Below, piece by piece: positions 20,267 to 27,941 of a DNA stretch of 32,199 nt. Under the pieces are notes generated by a model. That model did not search any database. It was not told where the DNA came from and saw only the letters and a program-made list of their open reading frames with translations. Location: sequence record SRR31156797_5210, one strand, 5' to 3'. The translations under genes were made by a program, and so were the position numbers. How positions within the stretch are numbered: the stretch's first letter is position 1; each line of letters opens with the position of its first letter.

Positions 20267-21318
20267 TGGAAAAAGTAAACAACATGATCAAAGAGAACTC
20301 TGATTTGAAAGGTGAGCTGACCAGCCTTATGGAGCTTGTTAAAGAGAATGAGGCGAAACACGCAGGTTTTAAAACAGTGGAATTTGCATTCCTGCTCGCT
20401 GAAAACCTTAGTGAAATTATTGAAAAGCCGCTCCGCTACCTTGAAGATATTTTCGATGTAGACAGAGCTGTACTCTTCCTTAACGCTGATGTTCTCGATT
20501 TTCAACGTGATGAGAATAATCTTGATTATCGTATTTATTTTATGCCGGATTCAGTTTTTAAAACTTTTTATCTGGAAAAACGTTCCTATAACTCTGACAA
20601 CACTCTGAACCTTATCAGTGAGTTCAACGTTTATGACGATACTGGCTCATATATTTTTGCACCGCTTATGAAGGGTGATCAGGTCATAGGAAGCCTGAAT
20701 CTTTATAGTAGGAATGAGAAGAAATTCGGCGGTAATGTCTCGACTGATTTTATAAAAGACCTTGCGGCAATCTCATCAGTCTCTATGTTAAAGCTTTATA
20801 ATACAGAGATAATCTTCCGCCAGACGAGAACTGACTTCATGACCGGAACATATAACAAGCTGGCTATGAGCGAGTTTCTTGAGCGTTTTATGGCTAAATA
20901 TAAAAGACATGAGCAGGGATTTATCTTTATCCTTATGGATATAGATAACTTTAAGAAGATAAATGATACCGCTGGGCATCTCACTGGTGATACAATTATA
21001 AAAGAGATCAGCGACCAGATAGGCGAAGGGCTTCGCACAAGCGACATCCTCGGCAGGTTTGGCGGAGATGAGTTTTTTATGATTGTGCCACATGCAAATG
21101 TTGAAAATGTTTTTATCCTTGTAGAGCGATTACAGGATATTAGCAAAAAGATATTCAATGCATACGGCTTTGGCGAAGAGGCTAGCCTTTCGGGCGGTGT
21201 TGTCTCTGTTCCGGGCGATATAGGGAAAGAGGACACAACAGAAGATATAGTTCGTATGGCTGACGGAAGGCTTTACTACAGTAAGAATAACGGAAAAGGA
21301 TTTTTCACAGGTGTATAG
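20266..21318 (+). CDS. Diguanylate cyclase with N-terminal coiled-coil/GAF-like (DUF484-like) domain
   Basis: IGSLNLYSR...F.....TDF...LA resembles the DUF484/GAF end; DIDNFKKIND..GH..GD, RTSD I-site, GGDEF. Confidence 0.9.
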   Translation: MEKVNNMIKENSDLKGELTSLMELVKENEAKHAGFKTVEFAFLLAENLSEIIEKPLRYLEDIFDVDRAVLFLNADVLDFQRDENNLDYRIYFMPDSVFKTFYLEKRSYNSDNTLNLISEFNVYDDTGSYIFAPLMKGDQVIGSLNLYSRNEKKFGGNVSTDFIKDLAAISSVSMLKLYNTEIIFRQTRTDFMTGTYNKLAMSEFLERFMAKYKRHEQGFIFILMDIDNFKKINDTAGHLTGDTIIKEISDQIGEGLRTSDILGRFGGDEFFMIVPHANVENVFILVERLQDISKKIFNAYGFGEEASLSGGVVSVPGDIGKEDTTEDIVRMADGRLYYSKNNGKGFFTGV

Positions 21319-22590
21319 ATGATCATTAGAAAAGATGACGATAAACTGCAAGAGATTTTGAAAAGAGGGGAGATAATGGAGGGTGAATACCTTCAGACTG
21401 TCCTTGATATTATAAACGACGTTAAATCCAGGGGTGACGAATGCCTAGCAGAACTCACTGCAAGATTTGACGGATACGACCTTAAAAACGGCATTGAGAT
21501 AACTAAAGAAGAGATGAAATCCGCATGGGACGACCTAGATGATAGTCTTAAGGGTGCTCTTGAGAATGCTAAGGCGAATATTATCTCTTTCCACGAGAAA
21601 CAGCGTGAGAATACCTGGATGTATGAGAAGGCTCCAGGCACTTTCCTCGGTCAGAAGGTCACAGCATTAGAGTCTGTCGGTGTTTATGTTCCAGGCGGAA
21701 AAGCTGTTTATCCATCATCAGTTCTTATGAATGTTTTACCGGCGAAGGTTGCAGGTGTTGACGAGATAGTGATGGTGACCCCTGCCACTGGCGGAGAGGT
21801 GAATAAAGTTGTTCTTGCTGCTGCTTATCTCGCTGGTGTTGATAGAGGTTTTAAGATTGGTGGTGCGCAGGCTGTTGCGGCACTCGCATACGGCACAGAG
21901 AGTGTTCCACGTGTCTGTAAGATTGTAGGTCCAGGTAATATATATGTAGCTCTCGCTAAGAAGATGGTTTTCGGACAGGTTGATATAGACATGATCGCAG
22001 GACCTAGCGAGATACTTATCGTCGCTGATTCCACTGCGGATGCTGATTATGTTGCGGCTGATATGCTCTCACAGGCGGAGCACGACGAGCTAGCTTCATC
22101 CATCGTTGTTACTGACGATATGGAACTTGCGAAAGATATAGAGAATTCTGTTTACGCTCAGCTTAAGGAGCTTCCGAAGAAGGATATCGCTAAGAAATCT
22201 ATAGAGAAGTACGGTGCGATTATTGTTACTGATGATCTTGCTGAAGCGGCTGATATTACTAATGAAATAGCGGTTGAACACTTAGAGCTTTGTGTGGCTA
22301 ACCCTATGGAATATATGCTGAAAATACGCAACGCCGGAGCGATTTTTCTCGGTTCCGATACCCCTGAGCCTGTAGGTGATTACTACGCTGGACCTAATCA
22401 CGTCCTCCCTACTGGTGGAACTGCGAAATTCTTTTCACCGCTCGGAACATACGACTTTCAGAAGAAATCGAGCATAATTTACTACTCAAAAGAACAGCTT
22501 ATGGCTGACATGCCGGACATACAGATACTTTCCGAATCAGAGGAACTTATAGCGCACAGAAACTCTGTGATAATTCGAAAGGATGATTAG
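21319..22590 (+). CDS. hisD: Histidinol dehydrogenase
   Basis: [61 protein letters not shown] motifs. Confidence 0.98.
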   Translation: MIIRKDDDKLQEILKRGEIMEGEYLQTVLDIINDVKSRGDECLAELTARFDGYDLKNGIEITKEEMKSAWDDLDDSLKGALENAKANIISFHEKQRENTWMYEKAPGTFLGQKVTALESVGVYVPGGKAVYPSSVLMNVLPAKVAGVDEIVMVTPATGGEVNKVVLAAAYLAGVDRGFKIGGAQAVAALAYGTESVPRVCKIVGPGNIYVALAKKMVFGQVDIDMIAGPSEILIVADSTADADYVAADMLSQAEHDELASSIVVTDDMELAKDIENSVYAQLKELPKKDIAKKSIEKYGAIIVTDDLAEAADITNEIAVEHLELCVANPMEYMLKIRNAGAIFLGSDTPEPVGDYYAGPNHVLPTGGTAKFFSPLGTYDFQKKSSIIYYSKEQLMADMPDIQILSESEELIAHRNSVIIRKDD

Positions 22591-22690
22591 GCACAGGATG
22601 TGCCTCACGGAGCGAACCGGAGTGCAACTTGTTGCCGAAGGTTTCAGCGGAGTGTGAGAGAGGCTTGCTTTTAACAAGGCGAACGACCTA
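22589..22690. repeat. REP/MITE-like multi-hairpin intergenic element
   Basis: AGGCACA-GGA-TGTGCCT hairpin (22589-22605), nested CTCAC..GTGAG, GAACC..GGTTT and GCAA-CTTG-TTGC stems, repeated CGGAG/GCGAAC words. Genome-wide copy number cannot be seen. Confidence 0.4.
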
Positions 22691-22717
22691 ATTATTTTGA
22701 TAGGACATCAAAATAAT
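22691..22717. terminator. AT-rich hairpin between convergent hisD and nuclease genes (possible terminator)
   Basis: Perfect 11-bp stem ATTATTTTGAT-aggac-ATCAAAATAAT; no strong U-tract. Confidence 0.5.
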
Positions 22718-22725
22718 CTATTCAA

Positions 22726-23220
22726 TTAATTACAGATACTCTCGCAGGGGATGCCGTCTTTGTCACGGTCGAGCCTTTTAAGCCCGCATGTGTTTAGGTA
22801 GTAGTAAGCCTCTGCGCAGGATGTCATCTGTGAGCATTTTGTCTTCGAGCCGCACTGATACGATGGCTGAGAATACGCCATAAGGTTGTCCGGGCAGGTG
22901 ATCTTCTCTTCGTCCACATATACGTCCGCTACCAGTCTGAAGTATTTTCCACGTTTTACATTCTCTAGGGTAACCTCTCCGCTCGCCTCCAGTAACTCAG
23001 CCAGCTCCTGCTTCGTTTTTTTGCCGCCTTCATTATTAAGCTCCGGAGAGTCGCATCCCCTTAATCTGACTGATATATTTCCGCCGAAAATCTCAGGCAG
23101 ATCAGCAATGTCACACTTAAATGTATCTCCATCGATGACCCTGACAGGTGTGCAGGTCATAGCGTGTGCGGTTGAGGCATGGAGTATGATTACAATAAAT
23201 GTATATAAAAATAGCTTCAT
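22726..23220 (-). CDS. Secreted thermonuclease (SNase)-family protein fused to an Excalibur Ca-binding domain
   Basis: Signal peptide MKLFLYTFIVIILHASTAHA; RVIDGDT, VRLRGCDSPE, KYFRLVADV (SNase); CSQMTSCAEA...LDRDKDGIPCESIC (Excalibur). ATG 23220 preferred over GTG 23235. Confidence 0.85.
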   Translation of the reverse strand: MKLFLYTFIVIILHASTAHAMTCTPVRVIDGDTFKCDIADLPEIFGGNISVRLRGCDSPELNNEGGKKTKQELAELLEASGEVTLENVKRGKYFRLVADVYVDEEKITCPDNLMAYSQPSYQCGSKTKCSQMTSCAEAYYYLNTCGLKRLDRDKDGIPCESICN

Positions 23221-23278
23221 GTGTAATTTAAACACGTGGTGTGTTTATTTGTTAGGTGTGTGATGAGAAAAATATAGA

Positions 23279-23857
23279 CTAAGAGTTGATAGATTCTGAA
23301 AGAAGTCTGCCGGATGTTCTGGCTATGTTTGGATAATTTGTTTTTACGACCTTACCTTTTTCGAAAACACCGAGCACTGGGATTTTGTCTATAACATCAT
23401 AGCCGAGAGCCTCAATAGCCATCTGCATACCCTCAATGGTGAATCCCATATCTTTGATGTCATTCTGCTCAGCAGTAGCCGCTACAACAGCTTTCCGCCC
23501 CTGTCCGGAGAGCACACTCGACCACTCGTTTGGTCTCGGTTCTTTAAAGTTATAGTAGCAGTACATCCTATCGACAAAAGCTTTCATCCATGCGGTCATG
23601 TTGTAGTTATGTACTGGTGAGATGAGGAGCAAGCCTTTCGACTGTTCTATCTTTTCATAGAGAGGAGTCATGTCATCACGCAGAACACATTTATTGCTCT
23701 TTCTGCACCCCTCACAGCCTATGCACGGGGAGAACTTCAGATCTCTGAGCTGGATGATTTCAGTCTCGCAGTCAGCGCCTTTTGAAAACTCTTCTATGAT
23801 CAAATCACAGTTACCATTTTTTCTTGGGCTAGCACCGATTATGAGTATTCTGTTCAA
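23279..23857 (-). CDS. Flavodoxin-family / iron-sulfur flavoprotein (Isf-like)
   Basis: IGASPRKNGN, CxxCxxCx5C, DDM, ISPVHNY, KAFVDR. Confidence 0.9.
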   Translation of the reverse strand: MNRILIIGASPRKNGNCDLIIEEFSKGADCETEIIQLRDLKFSPCIGCEGCRKSNKCVLRDDMTPLYEKIEQSKGLLLISPVHNYNMTAWMKAFVDRMYCYYNFKEPRPNEWSSVLSGQGRKAVVAATAEQNDIKDMGFTIEGMQMAIEALGYDVIDKIPVLGVFEKGKVVKTNYPNIARTSGRLLSESINS

Positions 23858-24264
23858 CTTATTAGCCTGTAGGACTGCTTATCCTGACCTTTATGTTTGA
23901 ATTTTAGAAAAATGAAATACACAGCAAGACCGGCGAGAGTTGAAAAAGCTGATATGAGCTGGTCGCCAGTGAGTTTATCTATGGTGATTGCAACAAGGAG
24001 CATTATGAAAAGCGGAACGATATAAACCGTTGCGAGTGATTTGTAAAAGCTATTCTTCTCTATACCTATCTCGACTATTGAGCCTTTTTTCAGGTGCGAT
24101 GAGTTTTTGAACCTGAGCCTGATGTCTGTTTCGTCAGCTATTGTGCAGGAACTTTTCTCCCCGCACGCCGAGCAAGCGCTCCCTCTGGCGATCAGTACAG
24201 TAGCGACACCTTTACTATCTACTTCTTCCACAACGCCCTTATGCTTAAGCATGGATGATGACAT
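23854..24264 (-). CDS. RseC/MucC-family membrane protein (SoxR reducing system RseC family)
   Basis: H.GVV, SACSACGEKSSC, G..VEIGI, VYIVPL, then two transmembrane helices. Confidence 0.85.
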   Translation of the reverse strand: MSSSMLKHKGVVEEVDSKGVATVLIARGSACSACGEKSSCTIADETDIRLRFKNSSHLKKGSIVEIGIEKNSFYKSLATVYIVPLFIMLLVAITIDKLTGDQLISAFSTLAGLAVYFIFLKFKHKGQDKQSYRLIS

Positions 24265-25841
24265 TAATCTTCCTTGTTTTTCTTATCTGCTTTCGGGTCA
24301 TACTCAAGATTGGTGTCACCTTCTACCATAACGATGTGCCCTGTTGTCTGGTTAAACACGAATTTACCGCTGCATTTACTTGGAACTCTGTACTGGGTGC
24401 TATATATTGTAACCTGAATCCCTTCATTGATCATATCTTTCGCATAAACATACGGCATCGGGTGCATAGATTTCTTGATGAGCTGTTCGATCTCACCGTC
24501 GATACCGTTATATTTATCAAATAGTCTCGCCCTGCTTGCGATAATAGTCTTGAGCTGTTCCTTCTGTTTAAGGTCTGGGTTTTGTCTCGCCAGAGCTTTA
24601 ATCTTAAGGTCGGTTGTTTCGAGAGTTTTTTCAATGTTTTCTTTCTGCTGAATGAGCCTCTCAACCCTGTCGTTAAGGAAGTATTTCACCCCGACATAAA
24701 GCGGGAAAGCACTGCTCCTTTCTACACCGATCTGTTTCGCTTCAATAGAGCTGAAAGCGTGTATTTCGCCGCCGTTGATAACACCGTCACCTGATAGGGC
24801 GATAACTTCGCCTTCGCAGAAAATTTTTGAGTTATAACAGTAGTTTTTGATATCGACCATTACGCCGGCATGAACCTCCGCACCTTCGATGAAGTTTGCG
24901 ATGACCCTGTTGCCCGCTTTTGTAATACCTTTACCTGTGGAAACGATACCTGTGCGGACAGTTACATCTTCTGTGGCGACAAGGGTTGCATCCCTGGCTA
25001 CGCCGTTTATTACGATGTTTTTAGCCCTCACTTCGAATCCGCTGAGTACATCTCCGCCGACCCGAACTGTACCGTGAAAATCGACATTCCCTTCAGAATA
25101 GTCTACATTTCCTTCGACTATATATACAGGGTTTACAGCTATCTTATTGCTAGTAAAGGTGACGTGACCACCTACCTCTGCTGAGTATATCCCTGTTTCC
25201 TCTTCGAAATCGACACCGGGACCTTTGTGGATGGTGATTTTTTTACCCTTTTTAGCTGGGATGACTTCACCACGAACCATCTTACCATCGGAGCCGTCAG
25301 TCTCTTTTATGTATGTGATGAGGACATCGCCCTCGTCAACCATTGTAATTGTATTTATATTTTTAAAGTCCACACTTCCGTCTTCACGCTCTTTAGGTTT
25401 TTTGTCCTCAAGCTCAAAGTGTAGTGAGCACCTCGCATCAACACCGTCAACCTTCGGAATACCCACAGCGACAGTCTCCTGAAGGACCATCTTACCGTCC
25501 ATATAATTTTCAAAGCACTCTTTGTACTTATCCCAGTCGATCATTACATTATCTATGCCACGTTCGTTAAGGAGGAAGTCCTCTACTGTGTCACTGTCTA
25601 TCTGGACACCGAAATTGATTGGCGGGAAGAGACTCAGCTTCGCTTTCATCCCTTTGTCCGTAACGTCAAGGGCGAGACCGGCGTGTTTGTCGAGGATAGT
25701 ATCAGTAACTATCGTTGCGTAGCCTTCGTCATCGTATTCAACGTTGAAGTCGTTACGTGAGAGATTGTAGGCTTTTTCCACAAGCCCAACCAGCACTACA
25801 TGATCAATAATCTTTGTTACTTTTATTCGTATGTCGCTCAT
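24264..25841 (-). CDS. FapA / DUF342-family protein
   Basis: VA.G.P.VDG.DA, DGSVDFKN, G.DG..V.G..IP, VEGNVDYSEGNVDF.G.V.V.GDV.SGF beta-helix repeats, C-terminal coiled coil. Confidence 0.85.
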   Translation of the reverse strand: MSDIRIKVTKIIDHVVLVGLVEKAYNLSRNDFNVEYDDEGYATIVTDTILDKHAGLALDVTDKGMKAKLSLFPPINFGVQIDSDTVEDFLLNERGIDNVMIDWDKYKECFENYMDGKMVLQETVAVGIPKVDGVDARCSLHFELEDKKPKEREDGSVDFKNINTITMVDEGDVLITYIKETDGSDGKMVRGEVIPAKKGKKITIHKGPGVDFEEETGIYSAEVGGHVTFTSNKIAVNPVYIVEGNVDYSEGNVDFHGTVRVGGDVLSGFEVRAKNIVINGVARDATLVATEDVTVRTGIVSTGKGITKAGNRVIANFIEGAEVHAGVMVDIKNYCYNSKIFCEGEVIALSGDGVINGGEIHAFSSIEAKQIGVERSSAFPLYVGVKYFLNDRVERLIQQKENIEKTLETTDLKIKALARQNPDLKQKEQLKTIIASRARLFDKYNGIDGEIEQLIKKSMHPMPYVYAKDMINEGIQVTIYSTQYRVPSKCSGKFVFNQTTGHIVMVEGDTNLEYDPKADKKNKED

Positions 25842-27115
25842 TGTTTTTTTAGGTTCTCAAGTCCGTCGAGGAGCTTTCTCGCTCTTTCGTGTCCGTCGTT
25901 AAGATCAAGGCAGATGAGGAGCTGAATTTTTGCACTGGAGACATACCCGGTAAGGGCGAGTGTCTCAGCCAGCATATATCTGAATTCTGCATCAGAAGGT
26001 TTAATTACAGCCGCAGCCGCAAAAAACCTCTTAGCATTTTCCGGTTTCTTTTCCTGAAGTAGTTTCATCCCTCTGGTGTAGAGAGTGTGAGCATCCTTCT
26101 CCTGCCGATACTCTTTTATGGTTGAAAAGAGTTCGTTATAAAGTCCTGTGTCGCTAGGAGAGATCGAAAGGACGGTTATCTCACCGATAAGCTCGTCACC
26201 TCTGAAGATGTGTGCGACAGTGTTGTCCCCTTTACTCTTTTCCATATAGATTTTCAGGTCGCCTACGGTTACGTCATTATACTCTTTCACATCAAGACTG
26301 GTGAGGGAATTGCGTAGGAACAGGGGTACAAGACCTATCTTTTCGTGGAAGAAATGGTCTGCAAAGTGTGCAGCGTTTTTATATCCAAGTATCCTCATCC
26401 TCTTATAAACAGGCTCGAGTGATGATTTATTATTCATTATGATGTAGCCGAAGTCCGGGTTATGAAAAGTGACAGAAGTTCTTTCACCGTCAGAATCCAC
26501 CGAAGAGAGATGGAAATTCTGAGGAATAACTATATTAAACATGAACGGGAGCGGGTCAAAGTTCTCAGTATATGGCTTTTCTTCGAAAGAGAAACTGTTG
26601 TACTGCGGGAAATTGTTCCAGTTATTTTTAGCCCAGAGCACAGTGTATGCTGTGGAGACCAATGTCAGGAACCAGAAGAAGAATATAAAAATACCAGCCA
26701 GACCACGCTTAAACTCGAAGCGGACACGAAACTGCCGCTGGTTCAGATATAGTATTACAAATGCGAGAAAGAGCACTCCGACTATTATCTTCCACTTAAA
26801 AGGGGATACGCCGAGCAGAAAAATGCGCAATATCAGCCCTGTGTAACATATTGCCAGAGACATAACGGTCATGTACCGGCTGAAAACAAAGCCTTTGAAG
26901 AGGAGATAGCCGGACTGAAGAAGCAGGAAAGAGAATATAGCTACTATTATAAAGTTAGCTATGGAGAGATTTCTGCTGATAGGATCCATCAGCATGTCAG
27001 GGTTAAGGGCGTACCTCATTCCTGTGTCCACTGCAAAAAGAAGCCCAGCGAGCATTACAAGCGGCCCGAGCAGTGTGAAACCGGGCACTTTTTTACTAGA
27101 AGAATAGTATGACAT
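25838..27115 (-). CDS. Membrane protein with C-terminal TPR-like repeats
   Basis: About five N-terminal hydrophobic helices, a soluble domain, and a helical tail LYTRG..LL......A...F.......P.DAE.RY.LA..L. Confidence 0.75.
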   Translation of the reverse strand: MSYYSSSKKVPGFTLLGPLVMLAGLLFAVDTGMRYALNPDMLMDPISRNLSIANFIIVAIFSFLLLQSGYLLFKGFVFSRYMTVMSLAICYTGLILRIFLLGVSPFKWKIIVGVLFLAFVILYLNQRQFRVRFEFKRGLAGIFIFFFWFLTLVSTAYTVLWAKNNWNNFPQYNSFSFEEKPYTENFDPLPFMFNIVIPQNFHLSSVDSDGERTSVTFHNPDFGYIIMNNKSSLEPVYKRMRILGYKNAAHFADHFFHEKIGLVPLFLRNSLTSLDVKEYNDVTVGDLKIYMEKSKGDNTVAHIFRGDELIGEITVLSISPSDTGLYNELFSTIKEYRQEKDAHTLYTRGMKLLQEKKPENAKRFFAAAAVIKPSDAEFRYMLAETLALTGYVSSAKIQLLICLDLNDGHERARKLLDGLENLKKQ

Positions 27116-27120
27116 AAGTC

Positions 27121-27148
27121 ATTTTATCAAATGAAGAAATAAATGCAA
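27121..27148 (-). promoter_or_regulatory. Putative sigma70 promoter of the TPR-fapA-rseC-flavoprotein operon
   Basis: Minus strand TTGCAT-16 nt-TAAAAT with extended -10 (TGa), ending 5 nt before ATG 27115. Confidence 0.55.
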
Positions 27149-27154
27149 AGCAGT

Positions 27155-27613
27155 TTAACGCTTTGCGACGATATCGAGGTGTTTCTGCCACTTTTTCTGG
27201 CTCGGTTTTATAGTGATAAGGTGGATGAAAGATATTATGAAAAAGAGGTAGAAGAACTTTAAATTTGCGCTCGTTATGTAGATAATAACACCGTAGAAAG
27301 TGATCAGCTCAGATATTGCCATGTTCGCTATTTCAGCATACACAAGCTTTCTAGCGAGATCAGAGATATCTGTGCACCTGCGGGTGAAGTATCCGTGGGT
27401 GAGGTGTATGAGCGGGAAAGAGATAAGGGTGATTATCATGAAGACAAGCCCCATCTTCTTCATCGTTTCAAAATTAAGAAAGTGGAAAACAGCCCATTGA
27501 AATGACTCCACCCCAGCTACGAATAGAGGGTAAATGAATATTCCGTACATCATGGTGCGGAAAAGTTTGGTCGCCATCTCAAAGTTTTGTTGAAATAATT
27601 CCTGATCATCCAT
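27155..27613 (-). CDS. Hypothetical membrane protein (about four TM helices)
   Basis: Hydrophobic ORF with MAISE...FYG motif. ATG 27613 preferred because ATG 27628 falls inside the predicted promoter. Confidence 0.75.
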   Translation of the reverse strand: MDDQELFQQNFEMATKLFRTMMYGIFIYPLFVAGVESFQWAVFHFLNFETMKKMGLVFMIITLISFPLIHLTHGYFTRRCTDISDLARKLVYAEIANMAISELITFYGVIIYITSANLKFFYLFFIISFIHLITIKPSQKKWQKHLDIVAKR

Positions 27614-27619
27614 AAAAGG

Positions 27620-27648
27620 AATATACATACTTTAACAGTAGAAGTCAA
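27620..27648 (-). promoter_or_regulatory. Putative sigma70 promoter
   Basis: Minus strand TTGACT-17 nt-TATATT, ending 6 nt before ATG 27613. Confidence 0.6.
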
Positions 27649-27686
27649 AAATCATCTTATTAAATATGAAAATTCTCATTTTCCTT

Positions 27687-27715
27687 TTGCTTTAATATAT
27701 ATGTTGTGTTAAATT
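27687..27715 (+). promoter_or_regulatory. Putative sigma70 promoter for ilvBNC
   Basis: TTGCTT-17 nt-TAAATT with extended -10 (TGt). Confidence 0.55.
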
Positions 27716-27941
27716 GTCAGACTTTACAGTTTTAAGCAGGAATGAACAGGGCGGACTAAGCTCTGGGCTGACTGCAATCTTTCAAATAAGTTAGCCGTGC
27801 AACTCCTTAGCTGCACGCATACTTTTATAAGACTTTTATACCGCTACTCTGGAGTAGGTGGGCTGGTTGCAAGGGTTTGACCAATCTGGAAACCAGTTAT
27901 ACATAAGATGGTGGTAAATATAGAAGTGAGGAGTATTTATA

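Noticed and set aside
17717..20505. Antisense ORFs within gpsA/polA (e.g. 17717-18301 -)
   Set aside because: Shadow ORFs of conserved genes with no motifs.
22589..22720. CRISPR array or integron attC site
   Set aside because: No repeat-spacer periodicity, no cas or integrase gene, and no clear RYYYAAC/GTTRRRY core pair.
14651..23857. Genomic island bounded by two Isf-like flavoprotein genes
   Set aside because: The paralogs are highly diverged, no nucleotide direct repeats or mobility genes were seen, and the interval holds core genes (gpsA, polA, hisD).
27666..27695. Short ORF MKILIFLLL as an ilv attenuator leader peptide
   Set aside because: It is Ile/Leu-rich but has no SD, begins upstream of and overlaps the predicted -35 box, sits in T-rich DNA that yields such codons by chance, and has no terminator/antiterminator pair following. 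Ribo-seq or an upstream TSS would revive it.
27840..27915. ppGpp (ykkC-type) riboswitch or T-box before ilvB
   Set aside because: Partial resemblance (AGGGTT, CTGGAAACCAG), but the AGGGUUCCG/ACAC/AAAAG core and the T-box GGTGGNACC plus terminator are absent.
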